NCBI RefSeq assembly: GCF_006345805.1
Contig: NC_043009.1
Location: forward strand, 47,864,001-47,928,000
From: Octopus sinensis
Taxonomy: Eukaryota
Direction: 5' to 3'
Length of the DNA: 64,000 bases
Position 1 is the stretch's first letter; each line of letters starts with the position of its first letter. The notes beneath the pieces are model-generated. The model was not told where the DNA came from and made no database searches. It saw nothing but the letters and a program-made list of their open reading frames with translations. The position numbers were made by a program, and so were the translations under genes. Positions 52,145-64,000 of this stretch are shown here, piece after piece.

Positions 52145-52835
52145 GTAATCTGGGAATGCATACAATGAGCTTCTCTGCCCTAGGTGTTTGGAAAACACTC
52201 GGCGAAAAACGGAAGAAAATTTGAAGAAAGGAGGAAAAAACAATAATAATAATAATGATAATAATAATAATTACATCTCACCCCTTGGAACTTCACCATT
52301 CAAACTGACAGAAAGATAGATGCAATTAGGCCAGACATCATATTGAAAGACTTCAGACAAAAATCATGCCTCCTCATTGATATGACTGTCCCAATCGATA
52401 TAAACGTATCTGTCAAGACCTACCAAAAACTGAGCAAGTATAAAGATCTAGAAATAGAAATTAGCAAAATGTGGAATCTGAAGACTAAAACAATACCTGT
52501 TGTCATAGGTGCTCTGGGAATGATAGCAAAAGGGGCTGATTGCTACCTAGCTCAGATACCAGGAAACCCTAAAATGGCAGAAATTCTAAAGATAGTGCTC
52601 ATGGGAACTGCCCATATCCTACGCAAAATACTTTCTATGTAATATCAAGTTTTAAAACAAACACATAATTTTCTTATGGTTTCTTAAACATTCTCTAGAA
52701 CAACACTATGTTCAAAACCAAATATATGGCACCCTAGGCATAACACCAACATGAACTTCCAACTTGTTGTCTCTTGAGGTCTCTGGGTGAGACTTGGGGG
52801 CCAACTTGTACAAATGTAAAGCAAAAGTCAAACAA

Positions 52836-52869
<34 letters not shown>

Positions 52870-53070
52870 TAATAATAATAATAATAAAGTAATAATAATA
52901 ATAATCCTTTCTACTAAAGGCACAAGGCCTGAAATTAGGGGAAGGGACTAAGTTGATTAGATTGACCCCCAGTGCGTAACTGGTAATTATTTAATTGACC
53001 CCGAAAGAATGAAAGACAAAGTCAACCTAGGCAGAATTTGAACTCAGAATGTAATGACAGATGAAACACC
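50830..53070 (-). mobile_element. Cluster of at least 5 Meta-type SINE copies, each embedded in (TAA)n/(GAT)n tracts
   Basis: Repeated GCACAAGGCC..CCCCAGTG..AACTGGTAC..GAAAGGCAAAGT.GACC..GAACTCAGAA..CTGCCAGCT.GCC units at about 50850, 51060, 51340, 51650, 51880 and 52915. Confidence 0.8.
52271..52835 (+). mobile_element. 5'-truncated R4/Dong element in (TAA)n
   Basis: DAIRPDIILKDFRQKSCLLIDMTVPIDINVSVKTYQKLSKYKDLEIEISKMW..IPVVIGALG..GTAHILRKILSM* is intact to its stop at 52642. It is flanked by TAA repeats, the known Dong target. Confidence 0.92.
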
Positions 53071-53724
53071 ACTGTAGGGCATCAGGGAAGCCATATGTCA
53101 TTATCGCAAGTTAGCACAGCTGTGCTTTGGCAATGGCAACAAATCAGATCTGGTGGTGTATCTATAAAAGCAGCAGTCATCAGCCCAGCAAGGGAGCACG
53201 CCTTTTTGGCAGTCAGGTAGCAGAAGACTTCATTCAACACCACAACTGTCAGTGAACAGATCCCCATGACCATCGGCAAACAGAGCTGCACAATTGTCAG
53301 CAGACAGATCTCCACAACTGACAGTGGACAAATCTTGACATTTCACACCAGCCTTCGTACCACCAGTTACAGCCTGTTCGTTTTTCTTACATCCTTAGCA
53401 CTGAAAACTTCTAACCTACTTGTACAATTGTAAGTTTTCATGGCTTCCCTCTGACTCCTAGACATATGCACTCACTTTGCCCAGCACTTGTTAACAACCC
53501 AAATAAATTACTAATACTTTAAAAATAAATCATGCCTTCTGACATTTATTTCTACATACACTTATTGCCATGTTATATTGGGACATTGTTACATTCAAAC
53601 ATGCAACAATCAACTTCGTTACATTAAAAAATTATTACACTTCTAAGCCGTTACATCCAACATTGTAACACCACTGAGCATTTCATTCAGCATGCTAACA
53701 ATTCTTCCAGCACGCCACCTTAAT

Positions 53725-54135
53725 AATAATGATGATGACAGCGATGACGATGACGATGATGATGATGATGTTGACGATGGTGACAATGATGATGATGATG
53801 ATGATGATGTTGACGACGGTGACAGTGATGATGACGATGATGATGATGATGATGACGGTGACAATGATGATGATGATGATGATGATGACGGTGACAATGA
53901 TGATGACAATGATGATGACGATGATGATGATGATGATGGTAACAATGATGATGATGATGACAGTAACAATGATGATGATGACGATGATAACAATGATGAT
54001 AATGATGATGATGATGACGGTGACAATGATGATGATGATGATGATGATGGTGACGGTGACAATGATGAAGATGATGATGATGATGATGATGATGATGACG
54101 ATGATGATGATGACGATGACGATGATGATGATGGG
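53725..54135. repeat. (GAT)n/GGTGACAAT compound microsatellite
   Basis: Read directly. GACGGTGACAAT interruptions recur. Confidence 0.95.
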
Positions 54136-54699
54136 TGTGATGTCTGAGACAATAAGAAGACTGACTTCATTCACTGAAGTTAGCTATGGATTTCATAATT
54201 TTGAATTTGAATCAAACTAGCATCAAATTTACATTTTGTCTAGGCTGTGCTGATAAAAGAATTATTAGTGATATACTGATGTTGATTTGAGTCAAGTAAC
54301 TACATTCCAACATTCAGTCTACTAGACCAGTTCTCAGTCGAAAGACAGTAATAATAATGATATAAAAAAAAAATAGAGTGGTTGTATGGTAAGTAGCTTG
54401 TCCCCCCAACATTGCTTGACAACCGATGCTGGTGTGTTATGTCCCCGTAACTTAGAGGTTCGGTAAAAGAAACTGATAGAATAAGTACTAGGCTTACAAA
54501 GAATAAGTCCTGGGGTTGATTTGCTCGACTAAAGGCAACACTCCAGCATGGCCGCAGTCAAATGACTGAAACAAGTAAAAGAGTATATATATATGAAGAT
54601 ACTTATATCTGAGGTTTGAGATTTCAAAAGCTGAAATCTCAAAGAGAATAAAGACAGGATGGAAGGCATTCCACTCTAAAGGATGTGTTCAAAAAAAAA

Positions 54700-55075
54700 A
54701 AAAAAGACACTACCATATGTGTCAGGCTCTTCAATAGCCTTGTCCCACCAGCACTGTTACAAGCAAGTGAGATGTGGGCTATTATGAAAAGGATAGAATA
54801 TCAATTGGCTATGGCACAAAAAGGCCATGAAAAGATCCATGCTAGGAACATCATTACAAGATCATATACAGAATGAGACAATTCAAGAATGGAGTGGTGT
54901 GAATGAAGGCACAAGTTTTGCAGAACCGGGAAGGTCGCAAGGTTCATATACATCATAGTGAAAGCCACTTAGAAGGCCTCCATGATAATGAGAAAACAAT
55001 TTAATTAGGCAATTTGTGACAAGATGAAAAACAATGATGCAATCAAGACAGAATTGGAAATGCATTGTGACCAGC
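54700..55075 (+). pseudogene. Old RTE LINE remnant
   Basis: RLFNSLVPPALLQASEMW..AQK / MKRSMLGTSLQDHIQNETI match the RTE post-RT region. Confidence 0.75.
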
Positions 55076-55567
55076 AGTGTATAACAGCATCTGATGGTCT
55101 GGTCAATATTGCGATACTGTGATATATCTTAGGTTTACTAATAAACACTATATTGTGCATAAATATTTATTAATTACTTAATTATGTGCCTACAAATGCA
55201 GAATATGCAAATTAGTATGTCATCATTATTGTTCTAGCTTTGTGTGTGAATCAAAGACCTATTTTTTATGTTTTCTCAATGGACAGAGCAAAGAGGGAAT
55301 ACTTTTCTTCTGCTGAGTGGTCAATGAACTGTGGAGTAAGTCAGTACAATCACTTATATTTTTCTGTATACAATGAGAACAAAAAGATGTATTCACATCT
55401 GTTCAAAGTTTCCTTTAAATTTAGCTGGTTTTTATTTTTAATCAATACTATGTTGTACGTAAGTGTTTATTACTAAGCATACATAACAATATATATATAT
55501 ACATATATACACACACACACACATATATATATATATACTTATATATATACACATATGTATACATGTG

Positions 55568-55600
<33 letters not shown>

Positions 55601-55716
55601 ATATGTATATATGTGTATATTTAAATATATCTATATATACACATACATAAAAGTCAGGGTGAATACTTGATAACTGTAAGCACCTGTATATGCCAGTTAG
55701 TGGTGTAGGTGATAGG

Positions 55717-56252
55717 GTATATTTATCAAAAGAAAAACAGGATGCAAAGGATTTAGCGGTACATATGTTTCTGGCTTTATTGGACAGTTTATATCAATGC
55801 ATAATTGATGTAACATGTATGTCAATAGCCTTCTTCAGCCACGCACAGTTACCACACCAAAGACATGTATTACATTATAGCAGGTTTGAGAAGTTTGGGA
55901 AAAATACTGGTTTCGTTGGGGATGCAAATCCTCATAGTCGTATACAGCTGAGCGAGACAGCAAAACAAAACGTCCATACCGTTTTTCACTTGGTATCGTT
56001 TTGTTTTGGTGTCTCGCTCTGCTGTATACGACTATGAGGATTTGCATCCCCAACGAAACCAGTATTTTCGCCAAACTTCTCAAACCTGCTATAATGTAAT
56101 GCATGTCTTTGGTGTGGTAATTGTGCACGGCTGAAGAAAGCTATTGACATACATGTTACATCAATTATGCATTGATATAAACTGTCCAATAAAGCCAGAA
56201 ACATATGTACCGCTAAATCCTTTGCATCCTGTTTTTCTTTTGATAAATATAC
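55717..56252. repeat. 536-bp fold-back element (256-bp arms, 9 mismatches)
   Basis: 55717-55972 is the reverse complement of 55997-56252. There is an inner ATACC/GGTAT stem and an 11-nt loop. Confidence 0.97.
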
Positions 56253-56599
56253 ACATACTTATATGTATATATACACACATATGTACATGTGTATATGGCC
56301 ATAGTCAAATGACTGAAACAAGTAAAAGAGTAAAGAGTATGTCTAACTGTGGAAAATATTACCTTGCTTGGAAACAGCCGAGGGTGGTGACAGGAAAGGC
56401 ATCCAGCCGTTTCAAAACATCTGCCTCAACAAACCTCATCTGACTCATTGCAAGCATGGAAAAGTGGACATTAAAATAATGATGATGATGATGACTTTCA
56501 TGGGCCACAAAAATTGTTATTATAGACATTTGTATTAAGTGCTCTCATCTCTGGTTGCATTTCAAAGAATATTAGCTTATCTGAAACTTTGCATGCCAC

Positions 56600-56870
56600 T
56601 GATCAGCAGCAGAGAGAGAGAGAGACTTTGCAAACAGGTTACTTCCCAGTGGAAATAGAACAGCTTCAGTAGGAAACTGGTCGTTTACCAATGACGATGT
56701 GGAGACACCTGATATGATGTGTGTTGAGGGATCAATAGTCAATCACATATTTAGTAATACAACACAGGAAGAGAAGCTATCATATGTTGTTCTCTAACCC
56801 CTTAAATGCATATTATCTTGCAATCGACGAAGGAGTAATAACACTCCTTCCAGGTGTAATTCTCAAAAAT
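56600..56870 (+). pseudogene. Decayed Helitron helicase fragment
   Basis: ETPDMMCVEGSIVNHIF..EEKLSYVVL(frameshift)PLNAYYLAIDEGVITLLPG resembles the Pif1/Helitron motif AILxPxN...IN..VL..LPG. Confidence 0.55.
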
Positions 56871-58749
56871 ATTTCAGTACAATTAAATGTAACAATGACT
56901 GAACTGGAAGGTGAACGGCACTGAACTACTGAACTCATTCACCTTCATTGAAATTTAACCGAGTGTTCTAAATTTGAAAACTGGGTCAGTTAAGATGCTT
57001 TTACATGATTTATCCACTGAACAATGTTTTTTCAATGGAACCATACTCTTTACTCTTTACTCTTTTACTTGTTTCAGTCATTTGGCTTATTCTTTGTAAG
57101 CCTAGTACTTATTCTATCGGTGACTTTTGCTGAACTGCTAAGTTACAGGAACGAGACACACCAGCATCGGTCATCAAGCGATGTTGGGAGGACAAACATA
57201 GACACACAAACATATACACACACATACATACATACATACATATATATATATATGTATGTATATATATATACACATATACATACATATATACAATGGGCTT
57301 CTTTCAGTTTCCATCTACCAAATCCACTCACAAGGCTTTGGTCGGCCCGAGGCTATAGTAGAAGTCACTTGCCCAAGGTGCCATGCAGTCGGATTGAACC
57401 CAGAACCATGTGGTTCGTAAACAAGCTACTTACCACACAGCCACTCCTACACCATAGTTAAGATTCCCAATCTGCATCAAATCTGTGTAGATGTTTGGTA
57501 ATAAGTAGTTCCTTAAACCCATTAACATTCAGATTAATCAGATTAAGTAATGCTTATTTGTTCACATTGTTTTAAATTACTCATGCACTATCTCAGATCT
57601 ATGAGATTTTGATGTGATTGTTTATTTTTAGAATGGCATTATACTGTAAGTCTGAGAAGCCAGATCAGACCAGTTTGAAAATAAAACAGATATTCAAACA
57701 TCTGGCTAGATGAGAAATAGGTTGGCAGTATGGGACTACTAAAAGTTTTCTGCTACAGGAATACAGGAAATGATTCTAGTTTACTTTAGCCATAGGAACT
57801 CAGTATGTAGCTTCTGTTTAACCTGAGCGAATTATATTGTCCTTTCCGTAGTAAGAAATGTCTTATTGAGACAGCAATATTACCATTTCATTGAAGATGG
57901 CATGCTGGCAGAATCATTATTAAGTTGCACAAAACACTTATCTGCATTTCTTCTGGCTCCCTATGTTCTGAGTTCAAATTCTACAGAGGTTGTGGACGTG
58001 GGCTGGTTTATATGCTGAATGGTTAAACAGACAATAAGATTCTGCATCTAGAATTTGAAGGGTTCCAACTGACACAAATTTACTATTTAAAATGGAAAGG
58101 ATCAAATTTCTACCATGTTTATAATGTTCTATGGCTATAAACAAAACACAAGGTCAGACTTCCAATAAAGTATAAATATATTTAGTACAAGGTCAGACCT
58201 TTCAATAAAACAGAAATATATTTACCACAGCCAGTGTTCAGCTATGGACAATTACATGTCTCTTACATGTCTAAAAAATCATTGGCTACTGGAGTTGAAA
58301 TAATGCAGACCAACAAGCAAAGAAATCAATGAGGAAAGATATCACATACAGTGTGGTTATCAACCAAATATTGTATATAGTAAGATCCTAAGCTAAATAC
58401 TAGAATTTTCTAAATTCTATTTACTAATCTTCAAATATTTTTTTTATTAAATTCACAATTTCTGAGATATGCTTAATACCTGTTATATTGTTATTAACAT
58501 AATATGTTATCTAAATCCTATTTTCCAGTATCGTCAACCCACTGTCTAGCTCATTATCATAAAAATCTTCAGCAACTGAAACAATGCTAAGAAGATATAT
58601 AAATTGATAAAAATTTACGCATCATAATAAAAGTACGAAAAATACTACATATATGAAATGTAGAGTTTCAATAGGTCTCACTAGTGAATATGTCTATAAT
58701 AATTATGAATTTAATAAGTATTAATGATACTGATAAATTTATTTCAATA

Positions 58750-59320
58750 TTCTTTACTACTCTAGGCACAAGGCCTGCAATTTTAGGGGAGGTGGCCTGT
58801 TGATTGGCTCAACCCCAGTACACAACTGGTACTTACTTTATCAACCCTAAAAGTATGAAAGGCAAAGTCTTGAACTCAGAACGTAACGGCAGACGAAATA
58901 CCTATTTCTTTACTACCCACAAGGGGCTAAACACAGAGAGGACAAACAAGGACAGACAAACGGATTAAGTCGATTACATCAACCTCAGTGCATAACTGGT
59001 ACTTAATTTATCGACCCCAGAAGGATGAAAGGCAAAGTCAACCTTGACTGAATTTGAACTCAGAATGTAGCGGCAGTCGAAATAACTATTTCTTTACTAC
59101 CCACAAGGGACTAAACACAGAGGGGAAAAACAAGGACAGACAAATGGATTAAGTCGATTATATCGACCCCAGTGCGTAACTAGTACTTATTTAATCGACT
59201 CTGAACGGATGAAAGGCAAAATCGACCTTGGCGGAATTTGAACTCAGGACGTAGTGGCAAACGAAATACTGCTGAGCATTTTGCCCGGCATGCTAACGTT
59301 TCTGCCAGCTCATTGCCTTA
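58750..59320 (-). mobile_element. Meta-type SINE with three tandem internal segments (about 170-185 bp)
   Basis: GAAAGGCAAA and GAACTCAG..CGTA anchors each occur three times. Confidence 0.8.
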
Positions 59321-59639
59321 AATTTATTTCAATATTATAATGATAATGGTGATTATGAAAACTGATAAGACAAGGAAACAATATTCTTTCTAATTTGTGA
59401 CACAAGCCCAGTAATTTTGAGGGGAAGGGGAAGTCAATACTATCAACTCCAGTCTTGAACTGGTATCTATTTTATTGACCCTGGAAGAATGAAAGGCAAA
59501 ATCAGCCTCAGTAGAATTTGAACTCAGAATATAGAGAACCAGAAGAAATGCTGATAAGCTTCTCATGTGACTTGCTAATGATTCTGCCAGCTTGCCACCA
59601 CCTTCAAGGAAACAGTAATATTGTAGTCTCAATTAGAGA

Positions 59640-59870
59640 TTTCTGTGGGATGACGTCAGCCCTGGGTGCGTTGACCGAAAGTTGGGGCAACCGGAAGGGG
59701 CAGCCGTGATGCGTGCGCAGGGAGCGGGGATTTCGGCTTTTCCAACGAGGGTTGTTGAGGTGTTAAGACGTGTGAAGACGTTGCTAAGGTTGGGTGAAGC
59801 AGCTGCTATCTTTAGCGTTCAGGTCGGGGCTGTGACGAAGGATCCGTTACCACTGAAGGGTCTCTATCAG
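59640..59870 (-). other. GC-rich segment, possibly a Penelope-like ORF remnant
   Basis: Minus frame SPNLSNVFTR..PC loosely resembles the RT-to-GIY-YIG linker (NLRDxLVR..PC). It is CpG-rich and directly abuts a SINE 3' half. Confidence 0.3.
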
Positions 59871-60721
59871 AGTGTTTGTGTGTGTGTTTGTCCCCCCAAC
59901 ATCACTTGACAACTGTTGCTGGTGTGTTTACGTCCCTGTAAGTTAGCAGTTCAGCAAAAGAGAATGATAGAATAGGTACTAGGCTTCCAAAGAATAAGTC
60001 CCGGGGTTGATTTGCTCGACTAAAGGCAGTGCTCCAGCATGGCCGCAATCAAATGACTGAAACAAGTAAAAGAGTAAAAGAGTAATAAAAAGTTTCTTGA
60101 TTCAAAAACAATAATTCTTCCATTCTTTTGTGTTATTACAATTTCATATCTTTTTAATGATAAATATTTATAGAAATTTATCGAAAATATTTCACGAAAT
60201 TGATAAAGAACAATAAAAAAAATTCAGTCATACTATATTAATATGGTTAGAATATTTAATGTGAAATCTGTATCTAGTTAATACTAGATATTGCAATGCC
60301 ATTTGTGAGTTTTAGCCTTAAATAATGGTATACTTCTAGATTCATCCCCCTAAATGCTCAAAATTAAAATCAAAAATCATGGAGGCACATGGCATAGCAG
60401 TCCATTCATGATCATATGAATGCGGTTTTGAATCCTGGACAAAGCAAAAGCATTGTGTCCTTGAGCAAAACATTTCATGTTGCTCCAGTCCACTCTTCTG
60501 ATAAAAATTGAGTAATTCTGTGACAGACCAGCATACTGTCCAGGGAGAAGTATACACACCAAAGAAACAGAGAAACTGGCTCTATGTTCCTTATAGAATA
60601 ATGTGGACTAACCTATGCTCAAAATTATTTCAGGGGTTTGTCAACCCTCAGAGGTCAATATTGACCACTATGCCAACTCCTGAGCGAGACTAACATCTTA
60701 AATGGAACATTAACGGCATCA

Positions 60722-60818
60722 AGTCTTGGAGGGCCTACAGAAGACATAAGTACTGCTCCTTCCTCAACATTGTTAAGGAAGGAGCAGTACTCATGTCCTT
60801 TGTAGGCCCTCCAAGACT
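60722..60818. ncRNA. 97-nt hairpin (43-bp stem, 3 differences, 11-nt loop); pre-miRNA or MITE-like candidate
   Basis: AGTCTTGGAGGGCCTACAGAAGACATAAGTACTGCTCCTTCCT pairs with AGGAAGGAGCAGTACTCATGTCCTTTGTAGGCCCTCCAAGACT. Confidence 0.5.
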
Positions 60819-61939
60819 GCAAGGAGCATAGAGCTGGCTTTCTGGTTTCTCTGATGCATATATTCTTCCCTGGGTGGGATGCCAGTCCATCGCAGGATTA
60901 TTTATTTTTGCCAGCAGAGTGGACCGGAGCAGAGTGCATTGCCCAGTCCAGAAACCAAAACCACAATCTTATGCTCATGAGTCCAACACTCTAACCACTA
61001 AGCCATGCACCACCTCCACTTTTCTCCACAGGTAGCAAGTAAAAATGCAAAAAAAATAAGAAACAGATGCAGTGAAATATCTTCTTTAATGATACAGTAC
61101 AGCGAATGAATATATTGTGGTTTTGAACACAAACTGTTATGCCTCAGCACAGGAAGTAAGAAAATGCACAAATAAGAAAAGATTGAAAGCACAAAAATTA
61201 TCTACATCATTGGAATATCTCTTGGTAAAACACTTGGTTTTGTTTCCAAAACACTATATTTATTTTATTCTTCCACACTTTGTGATGAAATAGAAATCAA
61301 TAGTAAAATTTACATCAGAATAGCAAAGATAAAGAAGTAGGAGGAAGTTTAACAACAGACAATTCAACATATCAGTTCATTTCTCAAAACTAATATTGAA
61401 TGCGTTTTTATACTTCATTACCATCTCATGTATGTACAATTGCAAAATCATTTTTTTATTGTCTTTCAGTACTATCATACTATTTTTTACAGTTGTTGTT
61501 GTTAACATAGTAATAGTAATTATCATCATCATAATCATCATCACTGACACTAGCATTATTATTATTAATATTAGTAGTAGTAGTAGTATTATAATATTAT
61601 TTTTTCTTCTTCTTAGTAGTGTTCCATCATCATGGTAATATGTTATCCAGTGATTTCTGTTAGGGGTTTTTTTTTAAAGTTTTTCTTCCTTTTATTTTTA
61701 GCTGTTTTAATTTTTTTTTATATTATAATTTTTTTTTTTTCACTGCACAATTCTTGTAGCTATGACAACCAGACACTGCTGCCAGTTAGAAATGTACCAA
61801 ATAGAAAAGCAGAATGATAAAAAGATGTGACCAAAATTCAGCAATTATTTTAGATAAAAAGAACAAGACCAGGAGGTGATATTTTGTGCATTACTAACAA
61901 GAATGAGAATTAATACCATAACCCCATACCTAATCACAC

Positions 61940-61969
61940 ACACACACATAAATGCATATATATATGTGC

Positions 61970-62000
<31 letters not shown>

Positions 62001-62114
62001 AATTTCTATATATATAAATAGATAGATAGATAGATATACATATATATACATGCATATATATGCATGTATATATATATATAGGTAAATGCATATTTATATG
62101 TGATGATGATGATG

Positions 62115-62145
<31 letters not shown>

Positions 62146-62256
62146 CATATATATATATATATATAGGTAAATGCACATATATATATTAATATATATATAT
62201 AAATATATATCATATATATATATATATATTTATATATAGGTAAATGCATATATATC

Positions 62257-62328
<72 letters not shown>

Positions 62329-62427
62329 ATATATATATGATATATATAAGCATTTACCTATATATATATATATATATAGGTAAATGCATAAATATATATC
62401 ATATATATATACATACATTCATATATA

Positions 62428-62475
<48 letters not shown>

Positions 62476-62480
62476 TACAT
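61940..62480. repeat. (TA)n tract with recurring GGTAAATGCA unit, including one inverted copy
   Basis: GGTAAATGC occurs near 62081, 62167, 62239 and 62379; GCATTTACC occurs near 62350. Confidence 0.9.
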
Positions 62481-64000
62481 ATAGCAGTGGATTAACAACA
62501 GCTCCAAACGCTTCCTAAATGCTCTTCCAAACTTAGCTATCCTCAAATAAATAATCAATTTTGCAGTTCCTGTTCTCATTCTTGCGGTTGTTTATTTATA
62601 AATTTTTGCCTTTCCTTTTAGCAAGCATTTTCTAAAATTACACAATGTTTCATTTCTGTAATAAATAATGTTTTCTGAAGTTAAATAATGTTTTCACACA
62701 CTTCGTTTAAACATTCCTTCCTTTAGCTACGTAGGAAAAAAGAGTCTGCTCATTGTCCGTACTTTATCCAAATTCATATAATTTCTTTAAAAAAAAAAAA
62801 CCATGGCATTCTCTTTCTCTCATATACTTGCATGTGTATGGCGTTAAGTAGTTAAATACATCTATTCCATTTCTTCCACATTTATTTTGTTTTTTTGTTT
62901 GACTGACATTAAAAAAAAAATTGATGAAATTTTCTCTTTTATTTCTTTTCCGTGTGTGCATGTATGCGGATATATGGGTGTATTTAATTTGATTAAATCT
63001 ATGTGTTTCCAAGCATTGAAAATGTCTGGTTTAAAAACTTTTTTTTTTTTTTTTGCCAATTCTTTAAAGAAGAGGAAAAAATAGTTAAGACAGGAACAGG
63101 TCTAGATGTGTGGTTAGGAAATTTGATTTTGCAACCATGAGGCTCTGGGTTATGTTGTACTATGCAGCCCTTGGGAAGTGCTTTCTACCATAGACTCAGG
63201 TATAATGGAATTTGATAGATGGAAAATGTACAGAAGTAAAATCTGTGCTTGTGTGTGTGTATGGCTTAGTGGTTGGGGTGTTGGACTCATGATCGTAAGA
63301 TTATGGTTTCAATTTCTGGAGTGGGCAATGTGTTGTGTTCGTGAGCAAAACACCTTTGTTTTACATTGGTCCAGTCCACTCAGCTGGCAAAAATGAGTAA
63401 TCCTGAGACAGACCAGTGTCCCATCGAGGTGTGGAATATATACCCCATGAAACCAGGAAACCAGCCCATGACATGAGAAGGAAAGTAAGTGTGTTGTGTG
63501 TGTGTGTGTATGTGCATCCATATCTCTGTTTATATTTACATTACTCTAAAAACTGATGTTCTCTATGTTGTGAATCTTTATTCCTTGAAATTCTTAATGG
63601 TTTGTCAAATAGGGGGTATAGGAATAAGTATCTCATCCTGTCATGTGGGAGACCAGAGTTTGATTCTCTGCAAGAAGGTTCATATTTTAATATTTTTAGG
63701 TCAGGTGTGGCTGTGTGGTAAGAAGTTTGCTTCCCAACCACATGGTTCCAGGTTCAGTACCACTGCATGACACAGATGGAAATACTTGGGTTTATAAATG
63801 TTTTGCTCATCATTGTTGCTACCATGGCTTCATGATCATCGTTTCATGTCCATTTATCCATACTGGTATGGACTGGACAAGTCTCACAGCATCTCTCAAT
63901 TCATGACAAGCCGTCATCAACCAACTCACATAACACCATCATCACCATCAACATTTAATGTCCACTTTTCCATGCCAGCATGGGTCAAACAAAAACAAAA

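Noticed and set aside
53643-54220. Poly-Asp/Ser/Met ORFs in four frames
   Set aside because: The trinucleotide tract is open in several frames, has no credible splice context, and shows no coding signature.
55287-55335. Plus-strand exon candidate (AKREYFSSAEWSMNCG)
   Set aside because: It is isolated with no phase-compatible partner, and such patterns arise by chance in 64 kb of AT-rich DNA.

Overview
Eukaryotic, very AT-rich genomic DNA. It is almost certainly from an octopus, judged from the tRNA-headed CORE-type and Meta-type SINE families, the RTE and R4/Dong LINEs and the extreme microsatellite density. There is no CRISPR array, rRNA gene, intact tRNA gene or long host ORF, and nearly all supplied ORFs are microsatellite artefacts. 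The window reads as mostly intron of one unidentified minus-strand gene. Three small canonical exons (49876-49965, 42122-42177, 39931-39975) and possibly two more (32211-32247, 12223-12285) splice in compatible phases into one open frame with three N-glycosylation sequons and a loosely SEA-domain-like pattern. Embedded mobile DNA includes a near-identical 2.8-kb tandem pair of composite Helitron units, a young 5'-truncated RTE with a PHD-like finger inside its RT region nested in a split SINE, decayed R4/Dong and RTE copies, and several MITEs. The most unusual signal is a set of long fold-back elements (224-bp and 256-bp arms, plus a 43-bp hairpin) together with Penelope-type minimal hammerhead-ribozyme motifs. 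One motif faces outward on each arm of a 458-bp palindrome, and another lies in the tail of a tRNA-headed SINE that has an inverted terminal copy. Family names come from recalled motifs, not database searches, and repeat boundaries are approximate unless stated.
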